A stretch of 64,000 nt of DNA. It comes from an uncultured Candidatus Saccharibacteria bacterium (GTDB taxonomy: Bacteria; Patescibacteriota; Minisyncoccia; UBA6257; UBA9933). The first letter of the stretch is position 1. Each line of letters begins with the position of its first letter. The stretch is from NCBI GenBank assembly GCA_964642155.1, contig CAZXNT010000003.1:64899-128898 (forward strand). Direction: 5' to 3'. The position numbers were made by a program, and so were the translations under genes. The notes under the pieces were generated by a model that had not been told where the DNA came from, made no database searches, and saw only the letters and a list, made by a program, of their open reading frames with translations. Below are positions 45,182 through 54,696 of this stretch, in pieces.

Positions 45182-48142
45182 TTAAATCACGAAATTAATA
45201 AGTTTATTCGGGACAAAAATTATTTTTTTGATTTTTTGCCCGGAAACGGCATTTTTTATTTTCTCCCGCTTTAATATTAATTCTTCCGCTTCTTTTTGAA
45301 CAATGCCGATTTTTGCCGCGACTTTATCTTTAAATTTTCCATTTATCTGAATAATCAATTCAAATTGTTCTTCAATAATCAATTTTAGATTATATTTGGG
45401 CCATTGTTCAATGTGAATGCTTTTAAAAGTTTGTAGTTTATAGTTTGTAGTTTGTAGTTGTTGCCATAATTCTTCCGCCAAATGAGGCGCGAAAGGAGCG
45501 AGTAATTTAATTATCAATTTCCAATTTCCAATTTCCAATGACGGTTGTTTTTCTATTTCATTGAATAAAATCATCAGCGAACTTATTGCCGTATTAAAGC
45601 GAAAGTTTTCAATATCTTCTGTTACTTTTTTGATTGTTTGGTGTAATAACCTTTCAAATTTTGAATTTTGAATTTTAGATTTTGAAATTTTAGAAGTTAT
45701 TTTATATATTCTATTAATAAATCTTTTCATCCCTCTGATTCCGTCTATATCCCAAGCAATACTTTGCATAAACGGTCCGAGGAACATTTCATATAAACGC
45801 AACGAATCCGCGCCGAATTGTTGAATCATATCGTCGGGATTAACCACATTATTCCAACGCTTGGACATTTTTCGCCCGTCTTCGGCCAATATCAAACCTT
45901 GATTAACCAATTTTTTAAAAGGCTCTTTTGTTGAAACTGCCTTAATATCATATAAAAATTTATGCCAAAAACGAGCATATAGAAGATGGCGAGTCGCATG
46001 CTCCACTCCGCCCACATATAAATCAACCGGCAACCATTTATTGATTATCTTTTTATCCCAGACATATTTTTTGCCCTTTTTAATCAAATAGCCGATGTAA
46101 TACCAGCAAGAACCGGCCCACTGAGGCATTGTATTTGTTTCACGCTTGGCAATTCCCTTGCATTTTGGACATTTTATATTCACCCATTTATCAATTTTAA
46201 CCAATGGCGATTCTCCAGTGCCCGTTGGCTCATAATATTTAACGTCCGGCAATTTTACCGGCAGATTATTTTCCGGAATCTGAATCCATCCGGGATTCAT
46301 CAATCCGCCTTTTGTAAATTCTTCTTTTCTATATTTACCACTTTTTATTTTCTTCGCGCAAGCTTCGCAATAAACCAACGGAAACGGTTCTCCCCAATAT
46401 CTCTGACGGGCAAAAACCCAGTCGCGCATTTTATAATTTATTTTTCTAGCGCCGAATTTATTTTTTTCAAGCCACTTTACCATTTTCTCGCGAGCCTTTT
46501 CAGAAGTTAATCCGGAAAATTGACCAGAGTTAACTACAAAACCGTCATCAATAAATGCTGTTTCATTTTCCTTAAGCCTTTTAATCCAAACATCCAATTC
46601 CGCATGGCACAATGTGCCGTAATTAATTTCGCTTTCATCAATCCACATCATCTCATGTTCATCCGCCCAATCTTTATCTACGGCAGATTTTTCATCGTTA
46701 ATCAAATCAAACATAACCGCCGTCGTAAAAGCAATTCTGTTTTCATCTTTATGTTTAGCAAAATATTCCGCCCGTACTTCTCCGCCCAAAATTTTTACCA
46801 ACTTAAGATTTTTATAACCTGTTTCTTCCTCTACTTCTCTTTTTGCCGCATCAACAAAACTTTCATTTTCTTCAATCCCGCCCATTGGAAAAGTAACCCA
46901 TAAAAACTTTTTTGACCTTAAGCATAAAAATTTATTATTTTTCGGATTCCGCACAAGAACATGAACATTTTTTCTTGCTTGTGTTTTTTTACCCTCAACA
47001 GGAGGATTTTTAATATCTACTCTATTGGGAATAATAACTTCTTTAATCGGCAAATTGTATTTTTTAGCAAATTCCCAATCGCGTTCATCATGCGCCGGCA
47101 CCGCCATCACCGCGCCGGTGCCATAATGCCCCAAAACATAATCAGCGACAAAAATAGACACCTCTTCATTATTGAAAGGATTGAGCGCTTTGATACCTTT
47201 TAATTCCACGCCGGTTTTCTCTTTTGCTAAATCAGTTCTTTGTAAGTCGGATTTCTTTTTTGAATCGTCAATATACCGCTTAACTTCTCCATAATTCATA
47301 ATTCCTAATTCATTATTCTGAATAATCGAATGCTCCGGCGCGACCACCAAATAAGTACAGCCGAAAATAGTGTCTAAACGAGTGGTAAATACTTCAATTG
47401 GAAATTGGAAATTGGAAATTGGAAATTTTATAACGGCACCCTGAGATTTCCCTATCCAATTTCTTTGCTGTTCTTTGATTGATTCCGGCCAATCTAATGA
47501 TTTTAAACCGTCCAAAAGTTTTTCCGCATAAGCGGTCATTTTTAAAACCCACTGCCGTAAAGGCTTTTTTTCAATCTCACTACCGCACCTTTCGCACTTG
47601 CCGTTTTCCAAATCTTCCAGAGCCAAACCGGTTTTACAACTTGGACACCAAATAATCGGCTCCCGCGATTCATAAACCAAGCCGTTTTCAAAAAGTTTTA
47701 AAAATATCCATTGAGTCCACTTATAATATTCCAAATCAGTAGTATTGACTTCCTTTTTCCAATCGTAAGTAAAGCCGAATTTGCTAAGCTGTTCTTTAAA
47801 TCGCTTGATATTTTTTTGAACCGCTATTTTGGGATGAATTTTATTTTTAAGCGCGTAATTTTCCGCCGGCAATCCAAAAGCATCCCAGCCCATGGGATGC
47901 AAAACGCTATAACCCTGCATCATTTTAAAACGAGCGACTATATCGGTGGCAATATACCCCCTCGGATGGCCAACGTGAAGCCCGTCTCCCGAAGGATACG
48001 GAAACATATCTAAAACATAGAATTTCTTCGATTTTTTGTAATTTTTATAAATCCCTTCTTTCTCCCATATTTTTTGCCACTTTTTCTCAATCTTGTTGAA
48101 ATCCATATTGAATATGTTATCACCGCAAAAAGAACTTATCAA
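45182..48142 (-). CDS. leuS: leucyl-tRNA synthetase with inserted NUDIX domain
   Basis: HIGH-type motif (HVGHP), KMSKR (KMSKRWNN), CP1 editing region (TTRLDT...GTGAVMAVPAHDERD). About 165-aa insertion carrying NUDIX box. Confidence 0.9.
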   Translation of the reverse strand: MISSFCGDNIFNMDFNKIEKKWQKIWEKEGIYKNYKKSKKFYVLDMFPYPSGDGLHVGHPRGYIATDIVARFKMMQGYSVLHPMGWDAFGLPAENYALKNKIHPKIAVQKNIKRFKEQLSKFGFTYDWKKEVNTTDLEYYKWTQWIFLKLFENGLVYESREPIIWCPSCKTGLALEDLENGKCERCGSEIEKKPLRQWVLKMTAYAEKLLDGLKSLDWPESIKEQQRNWIGKSQGAVIKFPISNFQFPIEVFTTRLDTIFGCTYLVVAPEHSIIQNNELGIMNYGEVKRYIDDSKKKSDLQRTDLAKEKTGVELKGIKALNPFNNEEVSIFVADYVLGHYGTGAVMAVPAHDERDWEFAKKYNLPIKEVIIPNRVDIKNPPVEGKKTQARKNVHVLVRNPKNNKFLCLRSKKFLWVTFPMGGIEENESFVDAAKREVEEETGYKNLKLVKILGGEVRAEYFAKHKDENRIAFTTAVMFDLINDEKSAVDKDWADEHEMMWIDESEINYGTLCHAELDVWIKRLKENETAFIDDGFVVNSGQFSGLTSEKAREKMVKWLEKNKFGARKINYKMRDWVFARQRYWGEPFPLVYCEACAKKIKSGKYRKEEFTKGGLMNPGWIQIPENNLPVKLPDVKYYEPTGTGESPLVKIDKWVNIKCPKCKGIAKRETNTMPQWAGSCWYYIGYLIKKGKKYVWDKKIINKWLPVDLYVGGVEHATRHLLYARFWHKFLYDIKAVSTKEPFKKLVNQGLILAEDGRKMSKRWNNVVNPDDMIQQFGADSLRLYEMFLGPFMQSIAWDIDGIRGMKRFINRIYKITSKISKSKIQNSKFERLLHQTIKKVTEDIENFRFNTAISSLMILFNEIEKQPSLEIGNWKLIIKLLAPFAPHLAEELWQQLQTTNYKLQTFKSIHIEQWPKYNLKLIIEEQFELIIQINGKFKDKVAAKIGIVQKEAEELILKREKIKNAVSGQKIKKIIFVPNKLINFVI
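46544..47032 (-). other. NUDIX-fold domain inserted in LeuRS (residues about 371-533)
   Basis: GGIEENESFVDAAKREVEEETGY = GX5EX7REUXEEXGU at residues 421-443, between the editing domain and the leucyl-specific region. Confidence 0.6.
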
Positions 48143-49017
48143 TTACTTTGCGAATTTTGAGGATTGGGGCTGGTTTGAATTTTAAATTCGCCGCTATTCC
48201 AAGAGCTGGAAATCCGCTCTAAACTTTGTCCTTTTATAATTTCATCCCAGCTGATATCTTCAATCGCTTTGCCATCGACATTATAAAGAGTCACCGCATT
48301 GTTTTTATAAGCCAAATTTGTTGAATATAAAATATCCGGCCGTGGTGAGCCCGTCAAACCATATCCATCTTTTTGCGCCAATAAAAGATATTTATGCGGC
48401 ATAATTTTTTTATTTTTAAAATTTCCCGCCACATTGCCCGCCCCAGTATTGTTAGACACAAGTGTTGATATATTACCCGTTGAGTTTCTTTTTTTAATTG
48501 AATAGCCCGTTAAATCAATTACTACGTCATTGGGATTATAAAGTTCAATAAATTCATAGTCCGCGTTGCCGTCAATACCGACTAAAATTTCGCTAATACC
48601 GATATTGATAATATTTGAAGAAGCTTCTTGGGTAGCTGGCGTAACGGGAACAATAGGCGCAACGGCTATTAAAGCGGTTGACGCGATTGGCTCAATCGGC
48701 GCGGTTGATGTTGACGTAGATGCTATAGGCGCAATTGGCGCGACGGGCGCTATGGGCGCGGTTGGCGTGATAATCGAAGTGATATTTGTAATTTTATTAT
48801 TTTTATTATTTTTTAAATCGCTTGTTTGCCGAATAGACGAAGAAACTTGCTGATTTTCCAATAAATCCACTTTACCGACAAATTGAAAACCGTTCGAAGA
48901 AATTTTATCGGCTTTCCCAAAAAGATTTTCCGGCGCGTTAATTTTTATAATGCCGAAATAAGAGGCAAAAATAACAATACCTAAGAAAATTAAAACGACG
49001 ATAATGATGTTTTTCAT
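48139..49017 (-). CDS. membrane-anchored lamin-tail-domain (LTD) protein with Ala/Pro/Ile-rich linker
   Basis: ISEILVGIDGNADYEFIELYNPND matches LTD signature. APIAPVAPIAP low-complexity linker. Confidence 0.55.
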   Translation of the reverse strand: MKNIIIVVLIFLGIVIFASYFGIIKINAPENLFGKADKISSNGFQFVGKVDLLENQQVSSSIRQTSDLKNNKNNKITNITSIITPTAPIAPVAPIAPIASTSTSTAPIEPIASTALIAVAPIVPVTPATQEASSNIINIGISEILVGIDGNADYEFIELYNPNDVVIDLTGYSIKKRNSTGNISTLVSNNTGAGNVAGNFKNKKIMPHKYLLLAQKDGYGLTGSPRPDILYSTNLAYKNNAVTLYNVDGKAIEDISWDEIIKGQSLERISSSWNSGEFKIQTSPNPQNSQSN

Positions 49018-49991
49018 TGCGACTTTTTTCCGCCAGAGGCGGATCCGCCAAGGGCGGAAAAATAATCGTTAATATTCAAAACCGCCCTAATGGCGTCGCC
49101 GATAGCGATATTTATCTGGCCATATAGAACATCGGTGACGTCGCCGGCTGCCCAAATGCCGTCGCAAGAAGTTTTTTGAGTTTGATGGTCAATAATAATT
49201 TTTCCGTTTTTATTTAATTTAACCAAATCTTTGACAATGCCACTGTTGGGAGCGTAGCCGATTGCCACAAAAACTCCTTCTGTTTTTATTTCTTTAATTT
49301 CCTTACTTTGCCGGTCTTCATATTTTATCGCCGAAACAAAAGTTTCTCCCACAACTTCTTTCGCTTCCGCCATTGTGATAAATTCAACTTTTCCCGATGT
49401 TTTGGCTTTATCAATATAAATCGGGTCTGCTCGAAATGCATCGCCGTATTCCAAAACATAAATTTTTGACGCATGGGGCAATAAATCTAAAACTGCGTAA
49501 AAACCGGAATTACCGCCGCCCACCACGGCCACCGTTTTATTTTTCATCAAAGGCGCGTCGCAAGTGGAACAATAAAAAACTCCCCTACCCGTAAATTCTT
49601 TCTCACCCGGAATACCAAGTTTGCGGTAGCTACTACCCAATGCGACTAAAACCGTTTTTGTTTCAAATTGTTCGCCTCCTACAAAAACTGAAAATCCCGC
49701 ATCAGATTTTTTAATTTCATTAACCCGCGCGCCTTCTTTAATTTCTATTCCCTCGTGAGAACGCAAATGTTCTTCTAAAATATTTTTCATCTCAATACCA
49801 CTCACGGACTTAAACCCAATAAAATTATTTATTTGAGCGGCAACCACGGACTGACCACCAAAAGATTCGGCAACTAATAAAGTTTTTAATTTTTTCCTGG
49901 CGGCATAAATACCGGCCGCAATGCCGGCCGGTCCACCGCCGAGAATAATTAAATCATAAACCATAAAGCATAAAGCAAATTCATGCTTCAT
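49014..49991 (-). CDS. trxB: thioredoxin reductase
   Basis: GGGPAG FAD motif, redox CSTC, NAD(P) GGGNSG motif. Confidence 0.85.
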   Translation of the reverse strand: MKHEFALCFMVYDLIILGGGPAGIAAGIYAARKKLKTLLVAESFGGQSVVAAQINNFIGFKSVSGIEMKNILEEHLRSHEGIEIKEGARVNEIKKSDAGFSVFVGGEQFETKTVLVALGSSYRKLGIPGEKEFTGRGVFYCSTCDAPLMKNKTVAVVGGGNSGFYAVLDLLPHASKIYVLEYGDAFRADPIYIDKAKTSGKVEFITMAEAKEVVGETFVSAIKYEDRQSKEIKEIKTEGVFVAIGYAPNSGIVKDLVKLNKNGKIIIDHQTQKTSCDGIWAAGDVTDVLYGQINIAIGDAIRAVLNINDYFSALGGSASGGKKSQ

Positions 49992-50015
49992 GCTTCATGC
50001 TTCATGTTTCATGTT

Positions 50016-50243
50016 TCATGCTTTCAACGCCTTATCTATCTCCGGCCTGTTGAATCCGACAATAATTGTTCCATCAATATCAATTACCGGAACTCCCATT
50101 TGGTGGGATTTCGCAACTAATTCTTCGCGCGCTTTCTCGTCAACCGAAACGTCAAAATCCTGATATTCAACTCCGAGCTTTTTGAAATAATCTTTTGCCA
50201 TTACACAGTAAGGGCAAGTTGGCGTGGAATAAATTTTTATCAT
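50016..50243 (-). CDS. glutaredoxin/NrdH-like redoxin
   Basis: CPYC active site, 75 aa. Confidence 0.75.
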   Translation of the reverse strand: MIKIYSTPTCPYCVMAKDYFKKLGVEYQDFDVSVDEKAREELVAKSHQMGVPVIDIDGTIIVGFNRPEIDKALKA

Positions 50244-50413
50244 AGTAATGGTGGTTTATTTCCGAATATTTTCCACAAAGCAGTGATAATAATCAAAACG
50301 CCGGCAACCACATTACTCCACATCGCTAAAGTATATGTGGAAAAACCGAGAATCCAGGGAGAAACTAAAACCCATAATCCAAGCAAAAAAACAATCCATT
50401 TAAGTCCTTTCAT
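50240..50413 (-). CDS. SPW-repeat small membrane protein
   Basis: Not in ORF track: MKGLKWIVFLLGLWVLVSPWILGF..., 57 aa, stop overlaps grx start (ATGA). Confidence 0.45.
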   Translation of the reverse strand: MKGLKWIVFLLGLWVLVSPWILGFSTYTLAMWSNVVAGVLIIITALWKIFGNKPPLL

Positions 50414-50485
50414 ATATTCGTATATTTAATATTTCGTGAATTTCAACGACCTTTTAAATATTATAACAAACCTTCCAAAATAACA

Positions 50486-50508
50486 AAACCCCCGATAAAC
50501 GGGGGTTT
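50486..50508 (-). terminator. rho-independent terminator
   Basis: AAACCCCCG-ataaa-CGGGGGTTT, U-rich 3' flank on minus strand. Confidence 0.5.
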
Positions 50509-50522
50509 CGATTTTTCTGCGA

Positions 50523-50912
50523 TTATCTGCGGAATCCTCCTCTGCCACCTCTGCCTCCGTCCCTGCCTCCTCCAAAAGATTGTCTCTTTTGGCGATGGCA
50601 ATCGCGACACAAAAGCTGTCCAACTCTGGACGGGTCGGGTTCAAAAGGAAGTTCTGAGATCTTTGAATTGCACTGAGAGCACTGCCAGTCGCCTTGGTAC
50701 ATTTGGCTGGTGCCAAACGAGCGTCCGCCTCTGTCTCCTCCGCCGCTAAAAGAACCTCTTTTAGCTTTGTGACAGCTGCTGCACAAAAGCTGATCAAGCC
50801 TTGATTCATCCGGCTCAAAAGGAAGCTCTGTGATTTGGTTGTCGCATTGCGAACATTGCCAATTGCCTTGGTACATCTTGCGCTGAAAATCGCCTTGATT
50901 TCCGTAAGCCAT
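50523..50912 (-). CDS. tandem zinc-ribbon protein with RGG-rich tail
   Basis: Two copies of WQCSQC-x17-LLCxxCH plus GGRDGGRGGRGGFRR tail. Alternative-frame ORF 50426..50818 rejected. Confidence 0.5.
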   Translation of the reverse strand: MAYGNQGDFQRKMYQGNWQCSQCDNQITELPFEPDESRLDQLLCSSCHKAKRGSFSGGGDRGGRSFGTSQMYQGDWQCSQCNSKISELPFEPDPSRVGQLLCRDCHRQKRQSFGGGRDGGRGGRGGFRR

Positions 50913-51089
50913 TTTGCCTTTCTACGAATTACGAATATTACGAATATGCGAAAAAAAATCGCGCCTTAGTATTTATTTTGTATTTCGTAGCACTTATATT
51001 TATCGTCCCTTTTTTACGTTTAATGCTAAGGCAAAATAGCTGAAAGCCCCTTGTCTTATACTAAACTTGTTGTATTTTATTACTAAAAT

Positions 51090-52430
51090 TTGAAATTGTC
51101 AACTGTTTCAATTTGCGGTAGAATAAACCGTATGTTAAATACACGAATAAGCTTTAAAAAATTGATTATTATTTTCAGCGATATTGCCATTCTTTACGGC
51201 TCGCTTATTTTGACATTGATAATCCGCTACGGCGCGGTTCATTTTCCTAACGCCTTCCAAAGCCACTTGCAACCGTTTTCATTGATTTTTATTTTCTGGA
51301 TTTTAATTTTCTATCTTTTTAATTTTTATTCCGAAAAATTTTTCAAATACAATCTGGCGGCGACGCAAAACTTCATTTCGGCGATTATCGTAAACATCGC
51401 CATTTCCATGGCCATATTTTACGCTTTTGAGCCGTTTTTCAAACTTACTCCGAAAACCAATCTTTTAATTTTTTCGCTGATATTCTTAATCGCGGATTAC
51501 GCCTGGCGCGTGGGCTTATCCAAAATTTTTATCGCCCGGGGCTTAAAAAAACAAATTGTTATTATCGGCGATTCGCCGGTTGCCGAAGAATTGGCTGATT
51601 ATTTGAATAATAATCCGCAAATCGGATACAGCGCTAAAATTAAAAAAATTGAGGATATTAAAAATATCAATGGCGCCGAGGAAATTGTCATAAGTAACGC
51701 GCTTAAAAAAAATCCGGACGTCATAAAAATAATTTACGGGCTTTTACCTCTTAACATTAAAATTTTCAATCTTGCGGATTTTTATGAAATGATTTTTCAA
51801 AAAGCGCCGCTTAAAGAAGTTGAAGAATTGTGGTTTATCGAGCAAATAACCGCGACAACTCATTTTTACGACGCCTTAAAAAGAATAATGGATGTTGTTT
51901 TATCCGTAATTTTAATAATCGCATTTTCACCGATAATGCTGTTAATCGCGATTTTAATAAAAGTTAATTCAAAGGGACCAATTATTTATAAACATAAAAG
52001 AACAGGGATCAATGATAAACCATTTATTCTTTATAAATTCAGAATTATGATAGCCAATCACAATGGTCCTCTTGTTACAGAAAAAAATGATTCTCGTCTA
52101 ACTTTTATTGGAAAAATTATTAATTACACTCATTTGAATGAAATCCCTCAATTATTTAATATTTTAAAAGGAGATATGTCTTTTATCGGTCCGCGACCGG
52201 AAAGTAGCCAATTGGTTGAGATTTACAAAAAATTACCGTATTATGAAATCCGCCATATCATTAAACCCGGACTCACGGGCTGGGCGCAAGTAAATTATAA
52301 ACCCAGCGCCTCACTGGAAGAAGCATTTGAAAAACTGCAATACGATATTTACTACATCAAAAACCGCTCGCTAGTTCTGGATTTCCTGATTTTAATAAAA
52401 ACCATAAAATATTTATTTATTTCACACTAA
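51090..52430 (+). CDS. undecaprenyl-phosphate sugar phosphotransferase (WbaP/CpsE-like initiating transferase)
   Basis: Bacterial sugar transferase C-terminal domain (KFRIM...FIGPRPE), N-terminal TMs. Confidence 0.8.
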   Translation: MKLSTVSICGRINRMLNTRISFKKLIIIFSDIAILYGSLILTLIIRYGAVHFPNAFQSHLQPFSLIFIFWILIFYLFNFYSEKFFKYNLAATQNFISAIIVNIAISMAIFYAFEPFFKLTPKTNLLIFSLIFLIADYAWRVGLSKIFIARGLKKQIVIIGDSPVAEELADYLNNNPQIGYSAKIKKIEDIKNINGAEEIVISNALKKNPDVIKIIYGLLPLNIKIFNLADFYEMIFQKAPLKEVEELWFIEQITATTHFYDALKRIMDVVLSVILIIAFSPIMLLIAILIKVNSKGPIIYKHKRTGINDKPFILYKFRIMIANHNGPLVTEKNDSRLTFIGKIINYTHLNEIPQLFNILKGDMSFIGPRPESSQLVEIYKKLPYYEIRHIIKPGLTGWAQVNYKPSASLEEAFEKLQYDIYYIKNRSLVLDFLILIKTIKYLFISH

Positions 52431-53900
52431 ATGATAAATCGCCTTAAAGACCTTTTATTCACAAACCGCTCGGCTAAACAAACAATAGCAAAAAATGTTT
52501 TTTGGTTAAGTGTTGGACAAATCGGTAGCCGCCTGATAAGAGCAGCAATTATTATTTACGCGGCGCGAATTCTAGGCGCTGCGGAATACGGAATTTTTTC
52601 TTATGTTTTAGGATTAGCGGGATTTTTCACTATTTTTGCCGATTTAGGCGTAAGTCCACTGATGACGCGCGAAATTGCCAGCCACCCGGATAAACGCGCG
52701 GCATATTTTGCCAACGCATTTTGGATAAAAAATATATTATTGGCAATTACTGCCGCTTTAATTATTTTTGTCGCTCCTAAATTCTCTAACATAGAAGCCG
52801 CCATTGCTCTACTTCCTTTTGTTGCCCTACTTGTCCTTTTTGATAATTTCCGCGATTTTATTTTTTCTTATTTTAGAGGAATTGAAAAAATGGAATTAGA
52901 AGCGTTTTTAGTTATTATTATGAACACGGCAATAACCGTGTCTGGATTTATTATTTTAAATTTTTATCAAACCGCCGGCGCTTTATTATTTTCTTATATT
53001 TTTAGCGTTGGAATTTTAAGCATTATTTCTTTCTATTTTGTTAAAGATTTTATTAAAGGAGTTTTTAAAAATTTTGACAAGGAAATTTTAAAACAATTTT
53101 TTCATGATTGTTGGCCGTTGGCTTTTAGCGGATTATTCGGCGTATTTATGCTCAATATTGATATTGTAATGCTTGGCTGGTGGCGTAGCGCTGAAGAAAT
53201 CGGCTATTATTCCGCAAGCCAAAAAGTTGTTCAATTATTTTATACTCTGCCTGCGATACTTGCCAGCGCCGTTTTTCCGACGATAGCGCGTTTTATAAGA
53301 CAAAATGAGAAAGATAAAGCGCGCGTTCTTAATGAAAAATCAATGACTATTTTATATTTTATCGCCATTCCTTTAGCAATTGGCGGCATTATTTTAAGCA
53401 AGTCTATTATAAGATTTCTTTTCGGCGAAGCATATCTGCCAGCCTCCGCGTCATTCCAAATATTAATCGCCGCTTTGTTTATTAATTTTCCCGGCGCCAT
53501 TCTTAGCAATTTATTGATGGCATATAATCAACAAAGACGACTTATCAATTATGTGATTGCCGGCTCCGCCAGCAATGTAATTTTAAACGCCCTGCTTATT
53601 CCTTCTTTTGGCATTGTTGGCTCGGCAATCGCCACTATAATTGCGCAATTTGCTTATTTCGCGCCAATTTGGCTGAAAATGAAAAAACTTGGAAATTTTA
53701 AAACCCTTCGCCATTTAAAAAAAATAATAACCAGTGCGGCTATTATGGGAATTTTCTCCTTTTTTATCAATAAATTGGGTTTAAATGTAATTTTAAATAT
53801 TACTATTTCCGCCGGAATTTATTTTCTGTCCCTTTATTTATTAAAAGAAAAAATCTTAAAAGAAGTGCTTGAGCTTTTTAAGAAAGTTAAAACGCCTTAA
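52431..53900 (+). CDS. oligosaccharide flippase (Wzx/MOP family)
   Basis: 12-14 TM, polysaccharide biosynthesis protein architecture. Confidence 0.7.
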   Translation: MINRLKDLLFTNRSAKQTIAKNVFWLSVGQIGSRLIRAAIIIYAARILGAAEYGIFSYVLGLAGFFTIFADLGVSPLMTREIASHPDKRAAYFANAFWIKNILLAITAALIIFVAPKFSNIEAAIALLPFVALLVLFDNFRDFIFSYFRGIEKMELEAFLVIIMNTAITVSGFIILNFYQTAGALLFSYIFSVGILSIISFYFVKDFIKGVFKNFDKEILKQFFHDCWPLAFSGLFGVFMLNIDIVMLGWWRSAEEIGYYSASQKVVQLFYTLPAILASAVFPTIARFIRQNEKDKARVLNEKSMTILYFIAIPLAIGGIILSKSIIRFLFGEAYLPASASFQILIAALFINFPGAILSNLLMAYNQQRRLINYVIAGSASNVILNALLIPSFGIVGSAIATIIAQFAYFAPIWLKMKKLGNFKTLRHLKKIITSAAIMGIFSFFINKLGLNVILNITISAGIYFLSLYLLKEKILKEVLELFKKVKTP

Positions 53901-54619
53901 TAACTTTTTCTCCACCAAGCCAATAAAAAGGCCAAAAAGATTCCTGTAAATAAACCTGACATTCCCCCAATAACAACATTAAGCAACGATTTTCTGTTTG
54001 ATGATTTTTCTGTTGCCGCTGAAAAAGAAATCATTTCTGTTGGTTGGATGTCCGCCATTTCCTCTTTCAATTTGTTAATTTGTTGTATTTCCGCACTTTT
54101 TAACAAAAGTAAAACAAATTGTTGGCCGGATATCTTCATCTCTGATTCTATATTTTTTTCTTCCTGTTCCAATAAATCAATTTTTATTTGTATTCTGTTT
54201 ATTTCGCTTTCCAATATTCCCTTTTTGGCGTTTATTTTTTTATTATGCGCGTTAAGTATCGCGCCGCTCACTTCATCTAAAGCGTTTTTGATTTTTTCTT
54301 GGTTGCCACCCTCTATTTTTATTTCAATTAAATTGGTTTTTATCGGATTTGAAGCGATAATTTTGCCGTCAGCGTATATTCCATAAACCTCTTGCCCAAT
54401 TTTTTCCAATAATTGTTCAGGCTGTTCCACTAATTCTAATTTATTTTTATAACCTGTTTCCAATAATATTTTACCTTCGTAAACTTTATCTTTTGAAACA
54501 AATTCGTAATTAAAACCGGCTGCAAAAATAATTCCCAATAAAAACAGCCCAAAAATCAACTTTTTGTTTCCAAATATCAATTTAATATAATCCCTTAAAT
54601 CAACTTCTTTTTCATCCAT
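53897..54619 (-). CDS. Wzz-like chain-length determinant (two TM flanking coiled-coil)
   Basis: N- and C-terminal TM helices, central coiled-coil. Confidence 0.45.
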   Translation of the reverse strand: MDEKEVDLRDYIKLIFGNKKLIFGLFLLGIIFAAGFNYEFVSKDKVYEGKILLETGYKNKLELVEQPEQLLEKIGQEVYGIYADGKIIASNPIKTNLIEIKIEGGNQEKIKNALDEVSGAILNAHNKKINAKKGILESEINRIQIKIDLLEQEEKNIESEMKISGQQFVLLLLKSAEIQQINKLKEEMADIQPTEMISFSAATEKSSNRKSLLNVVIGGMSGLFTGIFLAFLLAWWRKSY

Positions 54620-54696
54620 TGAATTATCTTAAAATAGTTTTTCTAATTTGTCCATATGAGCATTAAAAAATTATTCACAAAAAATAAAAGCGTAAA

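Noticed and set aside
50426-50818. 130-aa ORF overlapping the zinc-ribbon gene in another frame
   Set aside because: It has no motifs and is Ala/Glu-rich, typical of a GC-rich alternative frame. The zinc-ribbon frame has duplicated CxxC...CxxCH motifs.
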